In this document: positions 44,678 to 52,135 of the stretch, in pieces | How positions within the stretch are numbered: position 1 is the first letter of the stretch | Layout of the letters: every line of letters begins with the position of its first letter | Assembly (NCBI GenBank): GCA_002291845.1 | Contig: DBAU01000048.1 | Coordinates: 1 to 52,135 of the forward strand | Length of the DNA: 52,135 bases | Reading direction: 5' to 3' | Origin: Alphaproteobacteria bacterium UBA1002 | Lineage (GTDB): Bacteria > Pseudomonadota > Alphaproteobacteria > Rickettsiales > UBA998 | The notes under the pieces: generated by a model | Database searches by the model: none | Told to the model about the DNA's origin: nothing | The model's input: the letters and a program-made list of their open reading frames with translations, nothing else | Position numbers and translations under genes: made by a program

Positions 44678-45505
44678 TTACTGAGCGGTTGCAGCAAGAT
44701 CCTGTGCCCTCTGTAGGGCTGCGGCAATGGCGTCCTGCATCAGTCGCAATTGGCCAGAGGGGCGCATAAGGTGAGAAAGCGCGGCCTCGGTGGTGCCTCC
44801 TGGGCTGGTTACGTCGTGGCGCAATACCGCCAGTGGTTCACCGGAGAGGTAGGCAAGTTCACTACTTCCGTGCAACGTCTGAACAACCATAAGGCGAGCG
44901 GTGGCTTCGTCTAATCCGGCATCAATAGCAGCGGAAATCAGGCACTCCATAAAGTAAAACACATAGGCCGGTCCACTCCCTGCCACCGCGGTTGCCACAT
45001 CCAGTAACTGCTCATCCGGTACCCAGACCACTTCGCCGACCGCACGCATTAATGCCTCGGCCAGTTCATGGTCCGTGTCAGCTGCATGGGGGCTGGCGAG
45101 CATGGCCGTCATGCCCATGCCAATCAGACTGGGTGTGTTTGGCATCAGTCGTATTAAGCGCAAGCGCTCACCCAGATGCTGCTGATAGAAGGTGAGGCGT
45201 TTTCCGGCGGCGATGGTGAAATAAGGCACGTCACTGCCAAACACGCTGGCGCAAAGGGGCAGGCTGTGCGGTAAGGTTTGTGGCTTGACGGCCAGAACGA
45301 CCACGCTTGGCGGCGTGTCCGCGGGCAATTCGGCAAGCGAGGGAATCCAGCGTACCAGGTGGTGCCCTTTCAGTTCTGCGGGGAGCGACTCGGTTGGCTT
45401 TACCACGCTGACCGGTGCTTTCCACGCGCCGGTTGCCAGCCATTGCGTGAGCAACGCGCCTCCCATTCGGCCGCAGCCGATCATCACAAGATGCGGTTGG
45501 GTCAT
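44678..45505 (-). CDS. proC: pyrroline-5-carboxylate reductase
   Basis: MIGCGRMGGALL, RLMPNTPSLIGMG, VAGSGPAYVFYFMECL, VTSPGGTTEAAL. Confidence 0.92.
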   Translation of the reverse strand: MTQPHLVMIGCGRMGGALLTQWLATGAWKAPVSVVKPTESLPAELKGHHLVRWIPSLAELPADTPPSVVVLAVKPQTLPHSLPLCASVFGSDVPYFTIAAGKRLTFYQQHLGERLRLIRLMPNTPSLIGMGMTAMLASPHAADTDHELAEALMRAVGEVVWVPDEQLLDVATAVAGSGPAYVFYFMECLISAAIDAGLDEATARLMVVQTLHGSSELAYLSGEPLAVLRHDVTSPGGTTEAALSHLMRPSGQLRLMQDAIAAALQRAQDLAATAQ

Positions 45506-46005
45506 GCTTCTCCAGCGTGCGCAAAAAGAACCAGTCGCAGCGCATCCTCACTGGTCTGGCCGCCCCACAAAACGGTTTGGAAGGCAGGATAAAAACGTTC
45601 ACATTCTGCCGAAGCGATATCGATCAGATCCTCTAGCAGCGTTTGGGTTACCGCTTTGGGATCCGTGACCAGCTGGCCATACCGGTATGAAATACTCCCA
45701 TCCTCGGAAGAAATATCAAAATGGCCGAGAAGCACATGCTCATTAATACGGGCGATCAAAGGATAAAGCTGTGCACGGTGTTGCTCGGGGATTTTGATAT
45801 CATAGGAGGAAGTGAGAACCAGGGCCCCTAGTGTCTCTTCCCAGGACATCCACAAACGGTAATTACACCAATGTCCTGCGAGTTCTGCCACCAGCTCGTC
45901 TTCGAGTGGCCGATCAAACGGCACCTCACGGTGCGTCATAACTTCTTCGGCCAGTTCAATTGGGTTGAGGGCAGCGGTCTCGAGGTCAGGCAAGCGTACA
46001 GCCAT
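45502..46005 (-). CDS. YbjN-domain protein
   Basis: The 167-aa acidic protein overlaps the proC start by 4 nt. The ybjN-proC pairing is common in alphaproteobacteria. Confidence 0.62.
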   Translation of the reverse strand: MAVRLPDLETAALNPIELAEEVMTHREVPFDRPLEDELVAELAGHWCNYRLWMSWEETLGALVLTSSYDIKIPEQHRAQLYPLIARINEHVLLGHFDISSEDGSISYRYGQLVTDPKAVTQTLLEDLIDIASAECERFYPAFQTVLWGGQTSEDALRLVLFAHAGEA

Positions 46006-46117
46006 ATAATCCCTCCGACAAAAGATGAAACAGGCGAACCTGTCAGACGCATCATGCCAAGTTCGGGCGCGCGACGCTAGAGGATTTTATCAAAATATGG
46101 TATGGCGAGATAAAATT

Positions 46118-46675
46118 ATGGCCATATGTGGAGAAACGATGGAGCTGCCGTCGATTGTCTTGAAAGCCGGCGTGGCATTTGGCTCGGGTGCTCATCCCAC
46201 CACTGCGCATGTGCTGGCGCTTTTGGGTGCGCTGGGGCCTGTGCATCATGCGGGACGATTGCTTGATGTGGGGTGCGGGGCTGGCCTGCTTGCCATCACC
46301 GCTGCCAAGCATTATGGCTTTCAGGTCCTGGCAACGGATATTGATGCGAACGCTGTAAGTTACACGACGGCAAATGCCACCGCCAATGATGTGGCAGATC
46401 GTTTGACCGTCCTTCGTGCGGATGGGCTGAAGCACCCACGTATTCAACACGAAGGGCCGTTTAATCTTATTCTGGTAAATATTCTCTGCGAGGTGTTTTT
46501 GCCCTGGTTGCCTCGCTTGCGTGAATTATTGGCACCTGGCGGACATCTGGTTCTCTCTGGGGTTTTGCGCTGGCAGCAGCAGCGGGTACAGGACGCGTGC
46601 CGGATGTCAGGACTGGTGACGCCCACCGTTTACGGGCAGGGTGAGTGGGTTGCCCTAGTAACCCAGCAAGCGTAA
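46118..46675 (+). CDS. PrmA-like class I SAM-dependent methyltransferase lacking the N-terminal L11-binding domain
   Basis: VAFGSGAHPTTAHVLALL (PrmA FGTGxHxTT motif), LLDVGCGAGLLAI, ATDIDANAV. The start is ambiguous (46025, 46118 or 46139). Confidence 0.62.
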   Translation: MAICGETMELPSIVLKAGVAFGSGAHPTTAHVLALLGALGPVHHAGRLLDVGCGAGLLAITAAKHYGFQVLATDIDANAVSYTTANATANDVADRLTVLRADGLKHPRIQHEGPFNLILVNILCEVFLPWLPRLRELLAPGGHLVLSGVLRWQQQRVQDACRMSGLVTPTVYGQGEWVALVTQQA

Positions 46676-46767
46676 GCAGCGCGCCATAAAATTCCGCGAA
46701 AAGACTGGAAATAGGAGGGTTGAATCAGTACATCTAAAGCAGTTCTATCTTCCGCCGGAAAGCCTTG

Positions 46768-47322
46768 ATGTCGTTTAAGCAGCGGCTCCCTAACCTACTT
46801 ACCAATAGCCGGATCATTGTGATTCCGTTGCTTCTGCTTGGGTTTTATCTTCCTGCTCCGGAACGCTATTGGGTGCCAGCGTTTATTTTCTCCTACGCAT
46901 GCATCACCGATTTTTTTGATGGGTATCTGGCGCGTCGATGGCAGGTAGCCACTACCTTTGGCCGCGTTCTGGATCCCATCGCCGATAAATTGCTGGTTGC
47001 CGTTGCCCTCTTTATGTTGGTGCAGGATGGCCGGGCGGATGTGTTGCCCTCAGTGGCCATTTTATGCCGTGAGATTCTCGTCTCAGGGCTGCGTGAATTT
47101 CTCATCGAGTTACGCGTTAGTATGCCGGTGACGCATTTGGCTAAGTATAAAACGGGCTTGCAAATGGTGGCGCTCTTCCTGCTGCTACTTGGGCCAGGTG
47201 TGCCGGACTGGACCTATGCGTCAGAGGTTGGTCGAGGACTGCTCTGGGGGGCTGCCGCATTGACGCTCGTAACGGGGTATGTGTATTTGCAAACCGGTCT
47301 GCGGCATATGGACCGTGGCTGA
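46768..47322 (+). CDS. pgsA: CDP-diacylglycerol--glycerol-3-phosphate 3-phosphatidyltransferase
   Basis: CDP-alcohol phosphatidyltransferase motif DFFDGYLARRWQVATTFGRVLDPIADK. Confidence 0.88.
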   Translation: MSFKQRLPNLLTNSRIIVIPLLLLGFYLPAPERYWVPAFIFSYACITDFFDGYLARRWQVATTFGRVLDPIADKLLVAVALFMLVQDGRADVLPSVAILCREILVSGLREFLIELRVSMPVTHLAKYKTGLQMVALFLLLLGPGVPDWTYASEVGRGLLWGAAALTLVTGYVYLQTGLRHMDRG

Positions 47323-47391
47323 CGGGTTTTCTTTGGCCTGTAAACTTTAAAATCATCACGGCGAACGCTTCGGGCACAGGAGAATTTCTGC

Positions 47392-49434
47392 ATGAAACGA
47401 TCATTCCGAACATTATCCCGCATTTTTTTGGGCTTGGGTGCGCTCATGCTTGCGGCCCCGCTGCTGCTCAATCTGCTGTTACAGTTTTATGATATTAATC
47501 GCCTGAAGCCACGTCTGGAGCAGATCATTCGTGCGCAGACCGGGCGTGATTTTACCATGCAGGGGGACTTGCGCTTTACCCCCGGATTGGCACCCACCAT
47601 CCATGCCGAATCCATGGTGTTGGGAAATGCCGAGTGGGCCCGAGAGAAAAACTTTGCCACCCTTGGTGTCCTGGAAATTACCTTTCAGCTCTACCCGCTT
47701 TTGAAAGGACAGCTGGTTATTGATGACATGACTGCCAGGAATGCTGAAATTTTTCTGGAACAAGGAAAAAAGCCAGAGCAACAAAATTGGCGATTTACCG
47801 TCGTGGCGCCCGCGGAGGAGCATCTCAGTGAGATAGAAAAACAAAGTGGGTTTCAGTGGGTGCCACGCCTGAGTACCCTGACGGTTGAGCATGTCGTGGT
47901 GCATCACCAGCCCGCTAAGGGCACGACGCGGAGCATCGAATTTCCGCGTCTGGTGTTCGCATTGGATGAATCGAACGCTGCCCAGCTGGATGTCGATTTT
48001 GTGCATGAGGGGATCATCGGTCAACTGCGCGCATCGTCTGGCTCATGGCAGAATTTCCCGCTGAGTGACGGCGCGGTCTATCTTCAGTTGCAGACCCCCA
48101 AAAAAACAGCAACCCTAACATTTGATGGGAAGTTTGCTGCTTCTGAAGATATTCCCCAATTGCAGGGTGCACTGACCATCAAGGCTACGTCACTTGCAGC
48201 ATTACGGCCCTGGTATGCGGGTGCTCCAGATAGCGGTACCATAAGCCTTCGCGCTAACACCCAACTCCAAAAAAACCGTCTGCAAGTCTCAGATTTGAAG
48301 CTTAAAGGAATCTCTGAGGGGGCAATCACTGGGACGGCTTCGTTAAATGTTTCAGGTAAGCCCTCACTGGTGGCAGATCTAAAAATCCCCGCAGTGATTC
48401 GGCCGGTATCCCCGGAGCCTGCATCGCAGAACACCGAAACCGCGCCGGTAGGCCAAACTCTAGAAACCTCGCAGAAGGTTCCCCCCCCTTCGGCCACTGA
48501 ATCCTCCATGGTGATTCCTGATCTGCCCTTACCCGTGGCGTGGATGCATGCCTTGGATGCGCAGATCACCCTGGCCATACAGCGATTCGAAGCCCAAGGA
48601 AGGGTGCTTAAAGATATTGAAGCGACGGCGAAGCTGAGCCAAGGGAAACTGACAATTGCCCCGCTCCGCTTTCACGCGTTTGATGGTGTGGCACAGGCAG
48701 AGCTTCATGCCGATGCGACGCAGACTCCCCCACGATTCACCTTGCGGCTGGACGGGGAGCGTTGGCTGCTGGATCAGCTGATACATCCTCCAGCCAACGA
48801 GGTTGGACGGCTGGAGGGGGGGCAGACGCATCTGGTGCTCAACATCAACGGGCAGGGAGAAAGCCTGCGACCCGTACTGCGCACATTGATGGGTACGGCA
48901 CGGTTTTTCGTCAGCGACTTGCGCTATCGCAGCCCCGCCGCTGCGGCTGCTTTAACTGATTTTTTTCAGATTCTGCGTGGAAAGGCGGGGGGGACAATTG
49001 GTGTTTCCTGTGCGCTGGGACGCTTTGATATTCGCGATGGCATTGCCACCGCGCGTGCCCTCGGATTGAATACCACAGGGGCCATTGTAACCGGCGATGG
49101 TACCATTAATGTAGCAGACGAACGCTTAGGGCTTGTCTTGTATCCCCGCGCCAAAACGGTAGGGCTATCTGATCTCGCCGTGCCCGTACGTTTTACTGGC
49201 AGCTTTCACAAGCCAAAGATCCGTATCGACGCCCAAGGCACCGCCCTGAAAGTCGGCGAAGTGGCGCTCGGCATTGCCACCAGTGCAACCCCATTGGGAT
49301 GGGCGTTGCTGGGAAAAAACCTCACCGATAAACTCGGCGTGACCGCAGAGAATGATCCTTGCCGCGATGCGGATGCCCCGGCGCCGGACTCCGGCGACTC
49401 TGCGTTGCCCGCGGCCAATCCCTCCACCAAATGA
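47392..49434 (+). CDS. AsmA-family protein
   Basis: N-terminal anchor, followed by LKPRLEQIIRAQTGRDFTMQGDLRF and a long beta-rich body ending in a C-terminal AsmA-like region. Confidence 0.75.
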   Translation: MKRSFRTLSRIFLGLGALMLAAPLLLNLLLQFYDINRLKPRLEQIIRAQTGRDFTMQGDLRFTPGLAPTIHAESMVLGNAEWAREKNFATLGVLEITFQLYPLLKGQLVIDDMTARNAEIFLEQGKKPEQQNWRFTVVAPAEEHLSEIEKQSGFQWVPRLSTLTVEHVVVHHQPAKGTTRSIEFPRLVFALDESNAAQLDVDFVHEGIIGQLRASSGSWQNFPLSDGAVYLQLQTPKKTATLTFDGKFAASEDIPQLQGALTIKATSLAALRPWYAGAPDSGTISLRANTQLQKNRLQVSDLKLKGISEGAITGTASLNVSGKPSLVADLKIPAVIRPVSPEPASQNTETAPVGQTLETSQKVPPPSATESSMVIPDLPLPVAWMHALDAQITLAIQRFEAQGRVLKDIEATAKLSQGKLTIAPLRFHAFDGVAQAELHADATQTPPRFTLRLDGERWLLDQLIHPPANEVGRLEGGQTHLVLNINGQGESLRPVLRTLMGTARFFVSDLRYRSPAAAAALTDFFQILRGKAGGTIGVSCALGRFDIRDGIATARALGLNTTGAIVTGDGTINVADERLGLVLYPRAKTVGLSDLAVPVRFTGSFHKPKIRIDAQGTALKVGEVALGIATSATPLGWALLGKNLTDKLGVTAENDPCRDADAPAPDSGDSALPAANPSTK

Positions 49435-49480
49435 GCTTTGACGCGTACTGCCGGATTTGCTGTGTCGAGGTGCGCGGGCT

Positions 49481-50221
49481 TCAGTGCGTCTCAGCCGGTG
49501 CCTGAAGGGCATACAGCGCGACCGCAGCGGCATTTGACACGTTGAGCGATTCCATCTGCGGGTGAATGGGGAGCTTGACCAGTAAATCGCAATGCTCGCT
49601 TACCAGGCGACGCAGGCCGCGCCCTTCCGAGCCAAGCACGAGGGCTGTTTTGGCTGAAAGTTTGGCTTCCGCCAGTGTTTGCGTTGCTTCGCCATCGAGC
49701 CCAGCCACCCAGTATCCAGCTTTTTTGAGGTCTTCTATGGCGGCGACCAGATTGGTCGCCGTCACCAGTGGCACGAGATCAAGCGCCCCGGCGGCGGCTT
49801 TGGCCATTACGCCGCCTTCACGTGGGGCGCCATGCTTGAGAACAACCACGGCCGCCGCACCAAACGCTGCCGCTGAGCGCAAAATGGCTCCGACATTGTG
49901 AGGGTCTGTCACCTGATCAAGCAACAAGACCGGGCGCGCCAGATCCAGTTCTGTGATTTCCGCCGACTCCAGCGGCTTTACCTGCAAAGCAATGCCCTGA
50001 TGCACGGCGTCTGACCCCAGCAGTTTTTCTAAGGCGGCAGGCTCAACGATTTCTGGACGTGGATGACGTTTCTCCAGACGTAGCTTTTCGCCGGCATTGC
50101 GTGTCACAAGCACGCGACGCACATCGCGCGCCGGGTTGGCCAGGGCGGCGTGTGCGGCGTGCAGGCCATACAGCCAATAGGCTCCGCCTTCCACGGGAGG
50201 ATGGTTTTTTCCTTTGTTCAT
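49481..50221 (-). CDS. rlmB: 23S rRNA (guanosine-2'-O)-methyltransferase RlmB (SpoU/TrmH family)
   Basis: LLLDQVTDPHNVGAILRSAAAFGA, LVLGSEGRGLR, ESLNVSNAAAVALY. Confidence 0.88.
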   Translation of the reverse strand: MNKGKNHPPVEGGAYWLYGLHAAHAALANPARDVRRVLVTRNAGEKLRLEKRHPRPEIVEPAALEKLLGSDAVHQGIALQVKPLESAEITELDLARPVLLLDQVTDPHNVGAILRSAAAFGAAAVVVLKHGAPREGGVMAKAAAGALDLVPLVTATNLVAAIEDLKKAGYWVAGLDGEATQTLAEAKLSAKTALVLGSEGRGLRRLVSEHCDLLVKLPIHPQMESLNVSNAAAVALYALQAPAETH

Positions 50222-50283
50222 GCCATGGTTCTAACAGGCGAGCGCACGCTCTGGCCATGGGAATTTACACGCGGGCTTTCGCA

Positions 50284-50312
50284 TTGACAGGCGGGCGAGG
50301 ATGGTCTAGCTG
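50284..50312 (+). promoter_or_regulatory. putative sigma70-type promoter for tRNA-Tyr (TTGACA-N17-TAGCTG)
   Basis: TTGACA at 50284-50289 and TAGCTG at 50307-50312, about 24 nt before the tRNA 5' end. Confidence 0.35.
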
Positions 50313-50335
50313 TCTACGCTCTTTGCCGGACCTGT

Positions 50336-50422
50336 GGAGGGATGGCCGAGCGGTCAATGGCAGCAGACTGTAAATCTGCCGGGCTTCGCCCTACGTTGGT
50401 TCGAATCCAACTCCCTCCACCA
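50336..50422 (+). tRNA. tRNA-Tyr (anticodon GTA), long variable arm
   Basis: GGAGGGA acceptor paired with TCCCTCC, anticodon arm GCAGACTGTAAATCTGC, variable arm CGGGCTTCGCCC, T-loop GGTTCGAATCC, encoded CCA. Confidence 0.95.
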
Positions 50423-50594
50423 CTCCACGAAGCATACATTCATCACCGTGGCTTCTTATGATGATGCGTTGAGACGCACCGGCGTGTATTTGTACTCATA
50501 AATGCAATCAGGGGTAGAAAGAAATCTGAAATAATAACGGAAAATTAAGGTTGCGTCGGCATAGTACCCTCCGCGAATAAATTGAGTGAGTGCG

Positions 50595-51185
50595 ATGTCA
50601 GCTAGCCTCAAGAATATGTCGATCCTTGTGCTCGATAACGAGAAAAAGATCGCGCAAATGATCACAGACGTCCTGAATAAATTGGGCTTCCCGATGGGTA
50701 ATCTTCACCGCGCTGCCGATGGATTTGATGGCTTGGAACTGCTCCGCAAGCGGTCGGTGGATATGGTGATCGTTGATTGGGAATTACTTCCCCAGAAGGA
50801 ATATATTGATCTGGCAGAAAATGGCGTGGTTCGTACCCGTTGGGGGGATATCAGCCCGGTGAATGGGGCTAGCTTTGTGCGCTGTCTTCGCCGCTCGCCA
50901 CACTCTCCCAATCCCTTTGTTCCCGTCTTGATGCTGACTCCGCCGGCCGAGCTGGGCCATATCCTGTTTGCGCGAGATGCCGGCGTGAATGAGATTTTAG
51001 TAAAGCCAATTGTGGCCGAAGATTTGGCCCGTCGTATTGTACAGATTGTTGAACATCCAAGGGAATTTATCACCTGCACGGCCTATCGTGGCCCATGCCG
51101 CCGTCGTAAACAATCGACGCTGCCTGCCGGAAAGCTAGACAGACGCAGGAAAGATATTAAGATCATTCGCCATAACGTTGCTTAA
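50595..51185 (+). CDS. single-domain response regulator with an internal insertion and a basic C-terminal tail
   Basis: SILVLDNEKK, DMVIVDWELLP (phospho-Asp), VPVLMLT, ILVKP. A ~30-aa insert lies after beta3. The C-terminus is YRGPCRRRKQ...RRRKD. The start is ambiguous (50586, 50595 or 50616). Confidence 0.75.
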   Translation: MSASLKNMSILVLDNEKKIAQMITDVLNKLGFPMGNLHRAADGFDGLELLRKRSVDMVIVDWELLPQKEYIDLAENGVVRTRWGDISPVNGASFVRCLRRSPHSPNPFVPVLMLTPPAELGHILFARDAGVNEILVKPIVAEDLARRIVQIVEHPREFITCTAYRGPCRRRKQSTLPAGKLDRRRKDIKIIRHNVA

Positions 51186-51196
51186 GGAAAACGACG

Positions 51197-51679
51197 ATGA
51201 GCGATACCCCCTCGGATGACGCGATTTTGGTGCAGGAGGCAGACGTCAAGCTGCGCGATAAAGTGGGCGGTGCCGGCGCGTTAGGTAAGCTGTTTAGCGC
51301 AGACCGCATTCAAAAAGGGCAGCGCGTTATTGAAGATTTCAAGCTCAATTTTTTTGGTGAAATGAATGCGCATTTAAACGTGCTGCGCCATGCCTGTGAT
51401 GGCCCACCAATAGATGTTGATGCGGTAAAGGCAACGGCTAAGGCGCTTAAAAGTCAGGCTGAAACGCTTGGCTTTGATTTGCTCTATGCACTGAGTAGTG
51501 CGTTATATCAGTATGTGGCTGAACATAAGCAGCCGTTGACGCCCCAACAGGAGCTGGTGGTTCAAAAGCATGCCGAGGCTACCATTGTCACGATCGAACG
51601 TCAGGAACGGGGAAAAGGCGGCGTGACGGAAGCCGAATTGTTGCAGTCGCTGGCTATTTTGCGGCAAAAATTCTCCTGA
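51197..51679 (+). CDS. hypothetical helical protein, possibly Hpt-like but lacking the phospho-His
   Basis: ATAKALKSQAETLGFDLL resembles the Hpt motif aHxLKGxAxxlGf, with His replaced by Lys. It lies 11 nt downstream of the response-regulator gene. Confidence 0.4.
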   Translation: MSDTPSDDAILVQEADVKLRDKVGGAGALGKLFSADRIQKGQRVIEDFKLNFFGEMNAHLNVLRHACDGPPIDVDAVKATAKALKSQAETLGFDLLYALSSALYQYVAEHKQPLTPQQELVVQKHAEATIVTIERQERGKGGVTEAELLQSLAILRQKFS

Positions 51680-51789
51680 ACACCGCTTCTTTTTTGTCCT
51701 AGGCGTGATCAAGCAATAATGCCCTTTGCATCACACGCTGTTTAGTTCTTGGTTTTCGTCTCGAAGCCTTTTATATGGGGGGATCAGTT

Positions 51790-51863
51790 GCGGGTGTAGC
51801 TCAATGGTAGAGCAGAAGCCTTCCAAGCTTACGACGAGGGTTCGATTCCCTTCACCCGCTCCA
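51790..51863 (+). tRNA. tRNA-Gly (anticodon TCC)
   Basis: GCGGGTG acceptor paired with CACCCGC, anticodon loop CTTCCAA, T-loop GGTTCGATTCC, encoded CCA. Length 74 nt. Confidence 0.95.
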
Positions 51864-52037
51864 GTCTTTTTCCCCTTTGGCTCTTCTCTGCGAAAACTGC
51901 CAAAAGTGACAATGCAAATCCCCGTTGTTTTTTCAGCGATACTGCGCTAAGACTTCGCGCGCATCGGGCGGCCGCGTTGGCTGCACGTCACCATTTCATG
52001 CTTTCAACACGGCGAGAACGAAGAAAGGATTTGATTC

Positions 52038-52135
52038 ATGTCCAAGGCGAAATTTGAGCGGAACAAGCCGCACTGCAACATTGGCACGATTGGCCACGTT
52101 GACCATGGTAAGACGTCGCTGACGGCGGCGATCAC
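52038..52135 (+). CDS. tuf: elongation factor Tu (first ~32 codons; runs off the right edge)
   Basis: [32 protein letters not shown]. It is not in the ORF track because it has no in-window stop. Confidence 0.95.
   Translation, partial: MSKAKFERNKPHCNIGTIGHVDHGKTSLTAAI

Noticed and set aside
51680-51720. Possible terminator after the Hpt-like gene (GCGG...CCGC followed by TTCTTTTTT).
   Set aside because: The stem is only 4 bp with an 18-nt loop, which is too weak to call.

Overview
This is a 52-kb chromosomal window from an alphaproteobacterium. The evidence is an EF-Tu N-terminus [32 protein letters not shown], a divergent purD/xseA pair, ybjN-proC, and rlmB-tRNA-Tyr...tRNA-Gly-tuf. It looks Acetobacteraceae-like, but I cannot assign a genus. 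I call about 50 protein genes, 3 tRNAs, two clear terminators and a few putative promoter or operator sites. I saw no rRNA, CRISPR array, transposase or integrase. The backbone is housekeeping: fadE-like, yciB, purD, xseA, cspA, rhlE, msrB, ldtD/ycbK-like, proC, pgsA, asmA, rlmB and tuf. Lower-GC accessory patches interrupt it. The most interesting candidates are these. (1) 11229-17498: a chemoreceptor operon with a soluble MCP, an Aer2-like heme-PAS MCP ending in GWEEF, and a CheB-like protein with a degenerate esterase site. It ends in a STAS / REC-PP2C partner switch and has no CheA/CheW/CheR in the window. (2) 39730-43944: a TolC-HlyD-ABC type I secretion-like operon whose ABC protein has every ATPase motif degenerate yet keeps an intact ORF. 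(3) 5192-7449: a three-gene ORFan island. (4) 2009-3082: an orphan glutamyl-tRNA-reductase-like gene. (5) 122-235: a REP-like palindromic element inserted in frame in an acyl-CoA dehydrogenase. (6) 50423-51789: a two-gene signalling insert between tRNA-Tyr and tRNA-Gly-tuf. All domain calls come from motif recognition by eye and comparison sequences recalled from memory; no searches were run. Start codons are best guesses.
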